Origin: Vicugna vicugna
Lineage: Eukaryota
NCBI GenBank assembly: GCA_013265495.1
Contig: MU059825.1
Span: forward strand, 372,001-436,000
DNA length: 64,000 nucleotides
Direction: 5' to 3'
The notes under the pieces are model-generated. The model was given only the letters and a program-made list of their open reading frames with translations. It had not been told where the DNA came from and made no database searches. Positions within the stretch are counted from its first letter, which is position 1, and every line of letters starts with the position of its first letter. The translations under genes and the position numbers were made by a program. Below, one piece after another: positions 1-11,597 of this stretch.

Positions 1-1301
1 TAACGTCTTTTACAAAGTGCACTGTTTTTAACCAACTCAACTGTAGGCATGTTTATTATGGAAGGGAGTGCACAATACGTGTTTTCACCTGAATTAACAG
101 CCAGTATTTTAAAACAGGGACCTTGCAGGTAGAAGCCCAGAGTGCTAGCTCCTGAAAACCTGGGGGAGCCGGCAGTGCTGGGCTCTCGCTCCCACGAGGC
201 ACCAGTGGGCTGGAGCGAGTTTGCAGCCGCCCTCTCTGGTGGGGCATGAGCTGCCCGTTTGCTGCCTTCCCTGCCCCTCTAGAGTCTTCTTACAGCTGGC
301 CCGTTCTGCCTCTTTATGTTGCCTGCTGCTCTCTGAGTCTGTGTCAGTTTGCCACTTCTGCCTCAGCCCTTTTCTCCCTCCCTTGTCCTCATTGGAATTT
401 ACCTATTGCCCATAATTTTGCTAAACAGGAAGTAGGAAATCCGACCAGGCTCTTCTGATTTAATACATTAGTGGATATTAATGGATTAAAAAAATCTTCC
501 TGACTGGCACATCCTGTAGCTGCTCTTTGAGGAGAATTTCAGGGGTGCCTGGTCCCAGAAGTTCTCAATTCAGATGCCAGAACTCTCTGATCTGTTGGCC
601 GGGAGCTGGTCCTTACCTCCAGATGTTCATCTGCAAAGTGGAGAACAGGACCGTGCCCTTTTCTATCTGAGGATGCAGACAGCTAGAGTCAACAAACTGT
701 GCATTTTGATTTTTGCGGAGTAGGCTCAGTCTCGTTGTGCGCACAGTGTTTGGTGAATCCTAAATCCTCTTACTCGGATGGCTTTAAGCATAAAGGATCC
801 AGGACTCAAGCTGTACCGTTTCCGAAGAAGCAAACGGATACACAGAGGCTGGTTTTTCTCTCTTTACCATTGTTATTTTGGGTCAAGAAGATGAAGCTTG
901 GAGGGTGATTTCATGCAGCTGGTGTTGAGAAATTTCTTCGTTATCACAGTCCTGGTGACGCATGAGTCACCAGCCCTGCCTCTCCAGGCAGTGGGCGTGT
1001 GCTGTCAGAGTCCGTTCCTGGGTGCTCAGATGTGGTCAGTAGTCGACGGGGTCACACCCCTGCGCAGGGGGAGCCGACGGGGCTCAGACCACCCTGTGGC
1101 CGGGAGGGACGTGTGCACACCTGTGACCCGGGCGCCGGTGTGGCCGGCCGCCTGCCCCAGGGCTGTGTGGAGAACCTCACTGTTCAGCAAGAGCGTCAGA
1201 GTATATTAAGTCCACCCAGTCCTCCTCCTCCTCTCCTCCTGTGAATTGTCAGAGCTGGTGCACCCGCTCCCGTTGGCGAGTCCCATTTTGTCGTGTTGCA
1301 G

Positions 1302-1497
1302 CTAAAAGCCCACATCTCTGGGCGGCCTTCTGGTCTCAAGCATGTGGCCAGTACGCAGTGTGATCCGTATCCTGCTTGGCAGCCCTTCCTTCGTGGTGCT
1401 GATTAATCCAGAAGGGCTCGATTTAACTGGAGCAGGGACAGCTTCCCCGGGGGGGCGGCTCTGGTCCTGCACAGGGTCAGTGATGAGAACTTCCAGG
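1302..1497 (+). CDS. Candidate start-codon-containing 5' exon of a long RIMBP2 isoform (ATG 1342 or ATG 1483 to phase-0 donor)
   Basis: Acceptor-like cattttgtcgtgttgcag| ends at 1301. An in-frame TAA at 1303-1305 is followed by ATG 1342 with A at -3, then 52 open codons ending at a consensus donor AGG|GTAAGT (GT 1498) in phase 0, matching the phase-0 acceptor at 4781. No homology recognised. Confidence 0.4.
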
Positions 1498-2543
1498 GTA
1501 AGTTGCCTTGCTTCTCCGCATCTTAATAGGATCAGAAGTGTGAGCAATAGGCATTTTCTGAGTTTTCCCTTAAGTAATGCAAGATACATGCATGTCTGAG
1601 TAGCATCGGGGGCCTGTTGCTCCGAGGGGCAGGGAAGACCAACGTCTGCTGTCACTGCAGCATGGAGGGCGAGACCACACGTGCCCCCAGCCCCGTGCCC
1701 ACCTCTGGGCTTTTTCAGGGGTAAACAAGTCTGGATAAGTGAGATGCTATAATTTGGTGAATAAAACACATAGTCCATGTCTATCAAGTGGCGTCTTCAC
1801 TCTGTGGGCCTTTACCTGGATGTCTCGGTCATATAAGGGGCTCTTTCAGCATCACTGTGTGAGGGGCTTTGCCATCTGCTGAGGAATTTTCTGTGGAGGA
1901 CTGTTTGGGGGTGAATTTGCTTTTCAGCGGCTCTTTCTGTTCCTGGCTCCCCACGGTGGGGGCCCTGGTATGGTACGGGGTGCCCCAGGTGCAGATTCCT
2001 GCTTGGAACGGTTTGGGAAAGAGGCGGCCACGTATCTTTCCTTTGCCTGGTGGTGCTGTGGATCTGGTGCTTCCCGGACGGGATTTCGGTCCTGAGCTTT
2101 TCTCTGGCAAAGATTGATTTCGTCAGGTTAAGCAACTGACCTCGAATCACTGAGATGGAATATAAATAAAGTCGATGAATGAGTCACTTTTTGTTTTTTT
2201 ACAACCACCAGAAAACTGGATGAAAGAGCCAGCCAGGCTTCTCTTTCCAACATTCCCTTCTTGCAGTCCACTCTTTCAAGGGAGGTGCAAAGGTAGGTGT
2301 TGGCATGAACTGAGTGGTCAGTTGGTGGCAGCAAGTGGAATCTGTAGGCAAGGATAATGGTGCCTTCCATAGGGAAGGAGCCGTGATGGTGTGCAGGGAG
2401 GGGCTCGGTCCTCTACCGTCTTATGTAATCCTCCCAGGGGCTACTTGAGTAGGTGCTTTTACATCCTTCCATCTTAAGAGTATAGAGATGCTGGGCAACC
2501 TGCTGGGGACCACAACGCTTACACTTGGAAAAGCTAGGTTTTG

Positions 2544-3020
2544 TGTTAATGAATCCAAGGTCATACTGCTCACTGCGCGACAGGTCAGTAAATCAAGGTA
2601 TGAGTTATTGGGGCAAGGAATAATGACTTTATTCAGAAAGCCAGTGGATGGAGAAGATAGTGGACTGGTGTCCCAAAGGGCCATCTTGCCTGGGTTAGAA
2701 TTCAGGCTGCTTCTATACGAAAAGGGAGGGAAGTGAAGTCAAACGCTTCCTGGTTCCAGTCAGCCCCCCGAGGGGTGTGTTAATTTCGTCCTTCCTGCGG
2801 TCGTTCCCGGGGGGCCTGGTCAGGTTTCCTTTGAGCTCAATAAAAGTATTTTAGCTTAATGCTCATCACCTGGGAGGCAGGTTCCCACAGATGGGTCATT
2901 GTGTATAATTTAAACTTATGGGCAACATCCTTTTAGTGATAAACTTGTAGCAAAAGCGGTAGATAGAAAGGTCAAAGTAAAAGAAACATCCAGTATGGAG
3001 TCAGATCGGTTCTTCCCTCT
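2544..3020 (-). mobile_element. ERV1-like solo LTR
   Basis: Begins TGTTAATGAATCC. Reverse-strand AATAAA (gactttattc, ~2626) and the atggagtcagat motif near 2995 resemble laurasiatherian ERV LTRs. The family and right boundary are approximate. Confidence 0.5.
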
Positions 3021-3699
3021 TATGTCTGTGTTTAGCCAGTTCGCCTGGGGCGTCTAAGGCTGCCACGGTCGGGAGTCAGGTGTTTGGGTGAGCGCACTGG
3101 TGACTGCCAGTGGCTCTCATGGGTGGGACGCCTCAGGCTGTCTCCATGTCCCTCAGGGGGCCTGCAGGGGACTACGTTGTGACTTTCTTTACTTAAGAAA
3201 GACAAGGTGAATTTTTGCTGCTGCGAACATCTCGGAGGAGGGAAGCGTTTGTCACAGGCTGGGGATCACTGCTCCCTGCAACCAAACCCCAGGGGTGAGG
3301 TGTGTGCAGATTGCCTCCTTGTGTTTCATCGCGTGGAAACCCGGGAGATGCCACGGAGAGGAGGAGGTCGAAATGACTGCGGCCGGGGGGGTGGGGCTTG
3401 ACTGAAATAGGGGACCTAAAATCAGCCAGGAGGAGCCCTTCTCCTAGTGGGAGGAGCCTGAAACCGCGTGGTTCCCGCCCCTTTCCCCTCGTGAACGTGA
3501 ATGAGCCTGAGATGTGGGCTCTCGAAGCGTTCCAGAGGAGATGCAGGTCAGCTCGGACGTGGGTGCTCCCCAGGCAGTGGCTCGCTAGGAAGTGAGCAGA
3601 GAACACGCTGGGAGGACCAGGCAAAGAGGACGCCTGCCGGCGGGGCGGTGGGGGTCTTGCCGCCCCCTCCACCGTGGCTGTGAAGCGCCCCTCTTGCTT

Positions 3700-3900
3700 C
3701 TCCCTCGTGCTTTCTGACCAGGTGTCCATCCTTCCTTTATCTTTTCGAGGCTCCTCAGCTTGCTCACTGAAGTCGTTTTCAGGTTGCTTCACTGGAGTCA
3801 GTTCACCCTGGCTACGGGTTTTGCTAGACCTCTTTCACGGTGTGAGCTTTCGCTGTGTGTTTTGGAATTTCCGTTTTCAGACTCATCTTTAGCGGGTGAT
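3700..3900 (-). mobile_element. Possible old L1 ORF1 5' fragment
   Basis: The reverse strand is purine-rich and loosely resembles the start of L1M ORF1. Pattern recognition only. Confidence 0.25.
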
Positions 3901-4780
3901 GTTTTACCCTCAGTCTCCCTCTGTGCTCACCACCCCCACCCCATCTTACTTACTTTGTGGTTCTACCTGCTCCCCGAGGATGCTCCCAGTCTTGGATTCG
4001 GGTTATTCTTGGTAGTGTTCAGAGCTCCCGTGCAGATGAGGTCACTGAGCCGGCGGGTCTGCTCCCTCGGCCTCGCTAGTGCGTTACCTTGTCTAAGCAG
4101 GAGCTCTGGGCGACCTTTTTTGGAGGTTGGGGACTTGACCTCAGATGCAGGTGAGGCAGTGACCTTCTTTCAGGTCTCCAGTCTGAGACGGGACACCTCC
4201 AGTCCCGCGCAGCCTGAGACAGTCGGACTCCCAGTTCTCTTTGCCCATCTCTGGACTCAGAATCCGGTGGGTCCTGGGAGCTCTGCTCACCCCACGTGTT
4301 CCAGACAGCCACAGTCTGCAAAGGCTTTTATGTTGTTTTTGAGCAAGATAGACCTTTACAAAATTGCTCTATGGTTTATTATGGCAATGTGTTTGGAGGA
4401 AAGGGGCAGGTCAAAGCTGGACTTAACAACTCCAGCTGGAAATCAGTTTTGTTGCCTCTTTAGGATATAAACGTGTAATGCTGGCCCACACACCAGGTAT
4501 TGGATGTGATTTATATTCTGGATGCTCCACTGCATGTTTATATATTATTTCATTATACACTTGTAGCAGCGTCATAAAGCATCACCCCCCCCCCATTTTA
4601 CAGAGTGGGGAACTTGTGGCTCAGAGAGAAGAAAGAAATGGGTCCAACACCACAGGGCTTGTGAGTTGCAGAGTCACACCCAGCTCTGCTGTACCTCCCC
4701 ATCGGAGCCCTTAACCACCATGGCCCACATGTCCCCAGAAGTGGGGCATCACCTCACGGTGCCCTTTCCTTTTGTTCCAG

Positions 4781-4870
4781 GAAAATGCACTGAAGGAGGC
4801 TGCCCAGGGAGAGCACCGCCCGAAGCCCCATTATGCAGGCCTTCCCGCACGGGCCCGGCAGCACGACAAG
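4781..4870 (+). CDS. RIMBP2: RIMBP2 upstream in-frame exon (ENALKEAAQGEHRPKPHYAGLPARARQHDK), 90 nt, phase 0-0
   Basis: Strong acceptor ccctttccttttgttccag| and donor AAG|gtaact. 30 open codons, in frame with 14020 and 36684. Confidence 0.75.
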
Positions 4871-6058
4871 GTAACTGCCCACCTCCGCCAGCGGGCCCGG
4901 GAGGCGGGTGCTGTGAGGGTCCGGGAAAGGCAGAGAGAGGACAGCTTGCTGAGCCCCGCCCAGTGCAAAGGTGGCGGGACCCTGGGTCATGTCTCATGTC
5001 CCTTCGTGTGGCCACTGCACAGAGCGCTCAGGGGACGTCTTGTGCACTGTCTGCGAGGTGTCCCACTTAGAAGTCTGCCCGGCCACACCCTCCACAGCGA
5101 ACAAGCCTTCCCATGTCCTCGCCCCCAGACCACTGTCTGTCTTAGTTTTTCTCATCCGAGGGACCGGCATCCCCCAGCTCTCAGGCCTGGCTGCTAGGAG
5201 CTGATCTGATTCTTCCTGTCCTCACTCCTGCTTCTCACTCAGCAGCAGCCTGTGACACCCCCCATCTCCTCCGTGTCCCCCCAGTGCAGGCCACCGTTTT
5301 CTCGCGCCCAGATGCTGACACGGTCTCCTCACTGGCCTGCCTACCTGCTTCTTGACATCCTAGAGTCATTTCCAGCAGCATCTGGAGTGATCCTGTGGTA
5401 CAGACCAGATGGTGGGGCTCCTCTGAGTAAACCTTCCAGCGCCTCCCCAAGTAAGAATGAGGCGACCCCGTGGCTGCTGTCTTGCTCAGCCTGCCTCTCC
5501 ACCTTCGATTCATGGAGCCGTGTCCACTCTGACCTCCTTTGTTCCTCAAACCACCACGCTTGTCCCAGCGCACAAGGGTTTTCTCTGCTTAGAACTCAAG
5601 TCCATCATCTTCAGACAGCTGCCAGCTCCTTGCCCTTCACATATCAGCCTGAGTCACCTCCTCAGCCGGAGCATCCTGGCCCCACTCTATGTCCCTCCCT
5701 CACCCCCTACCCTGGTCTGGCTCTGTGACTTCACCCATCTCTTGTCTTCCTGTTTCTCTTATAACTTGGTCTGTCCCATGTCTTCACTTCTGTGTCTGTC
5801 TGTCTCCCTGCGAGAACGTCAGCTCCCAGGTGGCAGAGGTCTTCGCCGCTGTATCCAGCATTGTGTCCCTAGCTCCTATAGCAGGGTGCATAGTAGGTGC
5901 TCATTAGCTATTACTTAATGATTAATTGGCAGCTTGGAGTTGCTAATTTCACAGCTTTGCCAATGCCTGTTTCAAAGAATAACTGAATCCTGACAATTTT
6001 ACTATAAGAATTAGAGCTTTCTTGATTTTGCACTGATTTTCCTGCTTTCTTATGGGGC

Positions 6059-6074
6059 TTTTTTTTTTTTTTTT
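6059..6074. repeat. T16 homopolymer
   Basis: Counted directly. Confidence 0.95.
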
Positions 6075-6094
6075 ACAAAAAAGATCCTGCTTTT

Positions 6095-6810
6095 CAGGAA
6101 ATAACAAGAGTTGGAGAGAATGTGGAGAAATCAGAGCCCTGGTGCTGGTTGGTGGGAATGGAAAATGGTGCCGCTGCTGTGGAAAACAGGGTGGCAGATT
6201 CTTAAATACTGAAAAATAGGGTTACCACAACATGATCCGGCAGTTCCACGTATGGTAGTACACCCAAAAGAATTCCAAGCAGGATTGAATCATCCCCCCA
6301 TTTTATAGAGCAGGTAAAAAATTCACAGCATTATTCACAAAAGCCAAAAGGTAGAAGCAACCCAAGTTGCTACAGATGGATGGATAAACAAGAGGCAGTA
6401 CACACATGCATACGCGTGCATGCACAGTGGAATATTACTCAGCCTTAAAAAGGAAAGAAGTTCTGACACCTGCTGCAGCATGAATGAATCTTGAGGACAT
6501 GATGCTCAGTGAGATAATAAGCCAGACGCAGAAGGACAAACACTGTCTGATTCCATTCATACCGGGCCCCTAGAGGAGTTGGCTTCACAGAGACAGAAAG
6601 TAGGAGAGTGGGGGCCAGGGGAGGGGGGAGGGGGAGTTAGTGTTCAGTGGGGACAGAGTTTCAGTTTAGGAAGATCGAAAAACTTCTGGAGAGGGAAGGT
6701 GGTGATGGTTCATATGAATGTATTTAATGCCCCTGAACTGTACACTTAAAGATGGTTAAGATGGTACATTGTATTGTTATGTGTATTTTACCACATTTAA
6801 AAAAAAAGAT
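6095..6810 (+). mobile_element. LINE-1 3' end, L1MB-like
   Basis: Typical L1MB ORF2-end/3'UTR motifs (gaatattactcagccttaaaaaggaa; gagacagaaagtag; aactgtacacttaaagatggttaa) followed by an A tail at ~6799-6808. Confidence 0.85.
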
Positions 6811-7389
6811 GTGTTTTTAGTACCTCCCCAAGTCTCCCTTTAGTTCCCTTTCCTTCCCCCCAGGTCCCACCCTCTCTGCCCTCTTTCTTTTCCCAACCTG
6901 GTCTCAGGAGAGGCTCTGATAAACTCACTTACACGGAGGTGTGAATCTGTAATGAGGCATAGTGACTTTCTCAGCCCAGGAGTCTTTTTCGTTAAACAGG
7001 AACAAAAGTGAAAAAGAATGGAGGTGCTTCAGACATTGGGTGCAGGCTGACCATAGGGCTGCTCGGAGCTGGGCATAGGGAGGGCTGACCCAGGGCTGGC
7101 TTTCTTCTGTTCAGATCACTGCATGTGCATGTCTGTCTGCTCCTAAGCTGGGCTCTGATGCCAGGAGCGGTGATCCCAGCATGGTGAGGGCAGAGCCAGG
7201 GGAGCCGAGGGCAGTGGTGCCATCACTAGGGCTGGGCAGTGGCAGGGGGGAGGTGGTCACAGTGCTGGCAGCACCACCGTGTCCCTCCCTGGACCTGGGT
7301 CTCTAGCTGCGCTGATGGTCGCTCTGTTCCCATAAGACTCACCAAATCTGATGTTATTTTTCAATTAAAATTTGAAACTGCTTGACATC

Positions 7390-8300
7390 CACATGGCCAA
7401 TAGCACATGAAAAATGCTCAACATCACTGATTATTCAAGAAATGAAAATAAGAACTACAATGAAGTATCACCATTTGGCCAGAATGGCCGTCATCAAAAG
7501 TCCACAAATGATAAATGCTGGGGAGGGTGTGGAGAAAAAGGAGCCCTTGTGCAGTGTGGTGGGAATGTAAATTGGTGCAGCCACTATGGAGAGCGGCGTA
7601 CATTTTCCTTAAAAAACTACAAATAGACTTATATGATCCAGAAATCCCACTCCTGGGCATGTATCTGGAGAAAACTCTAGTTTGAAAAGACGCATGCACC
7701 TCCATGTTCACAGCAACACTATTTACAATAGCCAAGACTTGGAAGCAATCTAAATGTCCAAAGACAGATGACTGGATAAAGAAGTTGTGGTATGCATTTA
7801 TACAGTGGAATACTACTCAGTCACAAAAAATGAAATAATACCATTCGCAGCAACATGGATGGACCTGGAGATTGTCATACTAAATGAAGTAAGCCAGAAA
7901 GAGAGAAAAATAACATGATATTACTTATGTGTGGAATCTAAAGAAAAAAAAAGACATGTGAACTTATTTACAAAGCTGAGGCAGACTCACAGACATAGAA
8001 AACAAACTCTGGTTACCAGAGGGGGGCAAGGGGCAAGGGGGGATAAATTAGGAGTTTGGGATTCGCAGATACACACTACTGTATATAAAACAGATAAACA
8101 ACAAGGTCCTGCTGTAGAGCACAGGGAACCATATTCAATACCTTGTAATGACCCATGATGGTAAGGACTCTGAAGAGGAATAGATGCACATGTGTAACTG
8201 AATCACTGTGCTGTGACCAGAAACTAACACAGCACCGTAATCTACCATACTTCAATTTAAAAGTCACAAAAAATAAAAATAGAAAGTTTTGCCGGATTAA
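7390..8300 (+). mobile_element. 5'-truncated LINE-1 (ORF2 C-terminus plus cetartiodactyl-type 3'UTR)
   Basis: Frameshifted ORF2 peptides (HEKCSTSLIIQEMKIRTTMKYH; KCWGGCGEKG..QC), the 3'UTR motif caaggtcctgctgtagagcacagggaac and an A-rich tail at ~8265-8305. Confidence 0.9.
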
Positions 8301-9654
8301 AAAACAGAAGATTTGAAGCTTCCTCCCTGCTGCCTCCACACCTTGGCCTTTTACACAAGGCTTTAAGGCCCAGAAAAGGAGCTTGCCTTCCCTTCAGCAG
8401 CGCGTGGGGTTTGAGGGCACCGAGTGACTCACAGGAGGGACGGGAATAGCAGAGCCTTTGGAGAAGAGGCAGGGAGGGTGGCGGGGCCTGAGCGGCGGTC
8501 CTGCTCCTTTGCTGGCCTCGCAGGGTGGGCGTCTGCACCAGAGTCACCGTGGGAAACAGCAGGTCCCCAGAGACCGCCCTTGGGGGCCGGCGTCCGTGCC
8601 CCCGGGTAACTCAGGCATGCACAAGGAGTGGGTGAGTTAGTGCTGCTGGGGAGAGCATTCCGCCAGAGCGCCAGGTCCTCGCGACCTGTAGAAACGCAGG
8701 GAACCTTCCCAGGTCTCGGGAAGGTGCCTGGGAGTCCCAGTTCCCCTCGCTGACTGTGAGTTGCATTTGCATTTTGCGTTTTAGGAGCCCTGATTACGTC
8801 AGCAAAATGAATGGTCGGAGAGCTCTTACTTATCGAGGCAGGGGACTGCATTGTGCATGTTTGCCCTGAAAGGATTGCCTCTTGGGTGCAGAATCGGATG
8901 CTGAACGATCTGGAATATTGTGTTGAATTCCCCCAGGCAGGCAGCCCTGCGGCAGGAAACAAATGAGCTGGGGATCCAGGACACGGTGAAAGGATGTGTT
9001 CAGTGCCCCCAGAGCCTGCAAACCCAGCGTTTTACAATTTCTTACTTGCCCGAGTCCAAAGGGGCCTATTAAACTCCCAGGAAACTGGGCAGCCCTTCCT
9101 GGAGCCGATGGGAAGTGCAGGCCCAGAATCTAGTTCTCATTAGGTGACTGCTGTCAGATGCTTTAAGCTGCTCTGCCACCTGGTGCCACTGTTGCTGCCG
9201 CCAGAGACTGTGTTTCGGTGCAGAAGTGAGTCGAGTGGCCGGATCTGGTGCCCGGGTCTGGGATGCGCTGTGGTGTCTGTGCGCGGTGGGGGGGTTTCAG
9301 GCAGCACCCCGAGTCCTGGAGCCAGTACTGCGTGTGGTATGAAGTTCATGACCTGTGAACCTACGACCTATGAACTCCTCTTAGAACCTGCTGACCAGAA
9401 ACCTGAGGTGCCCTGGAATTCTGGCTCAGTTACGAGTGAGTTACAGGCGCTGGGCATGCAGCTCATTGGCTGGCGCCCCCTCTTCTTTATCTTACAGTGA
9501 GAAAGCGAGGGGCGTTTACTGGGTGACGCACATGGGTATTTGGGATTTGTGGGGCCAGCTACCTTTGGCTGGAAGACGAGGGCCCCCACCCAGCCCGCAA
9601 CATCTGAGTATCATTATCTGCGTTTCCTTTGTTAAAAAACAAAATCTTTTTCCA

Positions 9655-9800
9655 GTTCTTACTTTTTATTGAAGTAGAGTCGATTTACAGTGCTGCGTCA
9701 GTTTCTGGCGTACAGCATGGCGGTTCAGTAACACTTGCACTCATACTCCTTTTCACTGTAGGCAGTTACAAGGGATTGAACATAGTTCCCTGTGCTCCAC
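9655..9800 (-). mobile_element. LINE-1 3' tail fragment, antisense
   Basis: tttttattgaagtagagtcgatttaca...ttccctgtgctccacagtaggaccttgtt is the reverse complement of the motif in the 7390-8300 L1. Confidence 0.8.
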
Positions 9801-10879
9801 AGTAGGACCTTGTTTCCATCGAAGAAGGAATTGTCTGGGCTTCTAACTTTGGATGTCTAAGAACTTTCTCTTTTCATTTTGGCAGGGAAGGGAGTTTGTA
9901 TGTCTCAGTGACAATCTCTTCCCATCCTTTTTGCTATTCCGAGACCTCTTTCCCCTTGAGTAGAATACCCTGGCTTGGTTCCCAGGAGAAAGTTCTAGTT
10001 CAGGTGCCACTGTGACAGGATGTGGGTCTGGTGCTGTGGACTGTTCATGGAAGTGACCAGCTTTGCGCTCCAGACACCAGGCAGCCGGGGGCCAGGGGCT
10101 TGTCAGCCAGCGGGCCTCTCCACGGAGGCTCTGGGCACCGGCAGGGCTGGAAAGGCAGGCAGGGCAGTGAAGTGGGGGCCAGCCTTGCCAGCAGCCCATT
10201 TGAAGCAACAGCGTGTTTTTCACTTGGAAGCCTCGGTCCTGTCTGCAGGACCGAATCAGAGAGGGTGCCCTTTTCTGTGCACTTGGCTGGGTTCTTTCAG
10301 CTGCACGTAGCGGGACCCAGGCTGTGATCTGTGATGGAAACACCCAGGGGCACGATTGTTCTCCTGGACTAGACAGCCGGAGCCCAGGGCCATGGCAGCT
10401 TCTGGAGACGGACGAGGACGTGGGCTCCTGCCCCCCTGCAGCGCCATCCCGCTGGGGCTGTGGCTTCTGTGGTCCCCGCAACATTGCTGAGTGCCACATC
10501 CTTGCTGCAGCTGGGACAGCCACTGCTTTTCTTATAAAGCCTTGTGAGGTCATCGACCCCCAGAGACTCCTGCTTGCCTGTCATTGAGAACGATGTCACA
10601 CGTGTCTCAGTCTGGGTCCCTGCAGCAAAGAGATGGCACTCCCCCAAAGCAATGGGGAGCATTACTGAGACCATTTCGACGGGTGTAGGCAGAGTTAAGG
10701 GGGCCGGTGGGGTGACGTGACCAGCAACAGCAGAGGGTTCTCATTTGTTGGGAAAGAGAGGAGGTTATCACAAAAAGACATTTTTTTTTTCACGTGAGAG
10801 ATTAGTCTTCGAGATTTCTCAGGCCAATTTTAACCTCATGTTCCCAACACTTTCTTTTTCTTCTCTTTTAATTGTGGAG

Positions 10880-11285
10880 ATGCCGGAACCAGACTGTTCA
10901 GGTTTAAAGTCCTAAACTCAGGGCATCGGCAGGGTTGTATCCTTTCTGGAAGCTCTCGGAGAGTCATGTTCTTACCTTTTCCAGCTTGTGGAGGTCCCAT
11001 GTTCCTTGGCTCGTGGGCCTTTGCTCCGTCTCCGAAGCCAGCAGGATGGCATCTTTAAAATCTCTCTCTTCTGGCCCCGTTCCTCTTGTCTTGCTTTCTG
11101 AGGACCCTCGTGATTACAGTGGTCCCACCTGGAAAGCCCCGGGCAGTCTCCCCAGCTCAAGGCCCTTAACTGAATCACATCTTCAGTGTTGTTTGTTTGT
11201 TTGTTTTTGCCATGTAAGGTAACATTTGCAGGTTCCAGGATTAGGATGCAGACATCTTTGTGGGGTCATTGTTCAACCTACCTAA
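10880..11285 (-). mobile_element. MaLR LTR (MLT1C/D-like)
   Basis: ttgccatgtaaggtaacatt...ggattaggatgcagacatctttg is the reverse complement of the MLT1 5' end. Confidence 0.8.
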
Positions 11286-11330
11286 ATCAACCCCTTTGTC
11301 CCCTCCCTCGTCTCTCCTACCAAAAGACAT

Positions 11331-11597
11331 TGTTTCTGTTATTGCAAACCAGACACATGACCTAAATCATTCCGATAAACATAAAGGGGGCATGATAGAA
11401 AATTTTAAGTCCAAGAAATGAAAAACCAGTCTTGGTATGAGACAAAGTGTTTTAGGGTTACTAAAGAGCAAATGCCAGTAACTTTCAGAGCCTTTTTGTT
11501 GCCCAGAAGTCCTCTGCAGGTTCTTCCTCATCCTCGTCTACTCCCTTTTAAAGCACTGACTTCAAGACCAATAAAACTTGTTTTTTCTCCCCCAACA
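11331..11597 (+). mobile_element. Putative solo LTR of unrecognised family
   Basis: TG...CA ends, TATA-like ttttaaa at 11546-11552 and AATAAA at 11570-11575. No TSD found. Confidence 0.4.

Noticed and set aside
9144-9225. AG...GTGAGT-bounded segment between upstream exons
   Set aside because: 82 nt, breaks frame, has a short pyrimidine tract and encodes no recognisable peptide.
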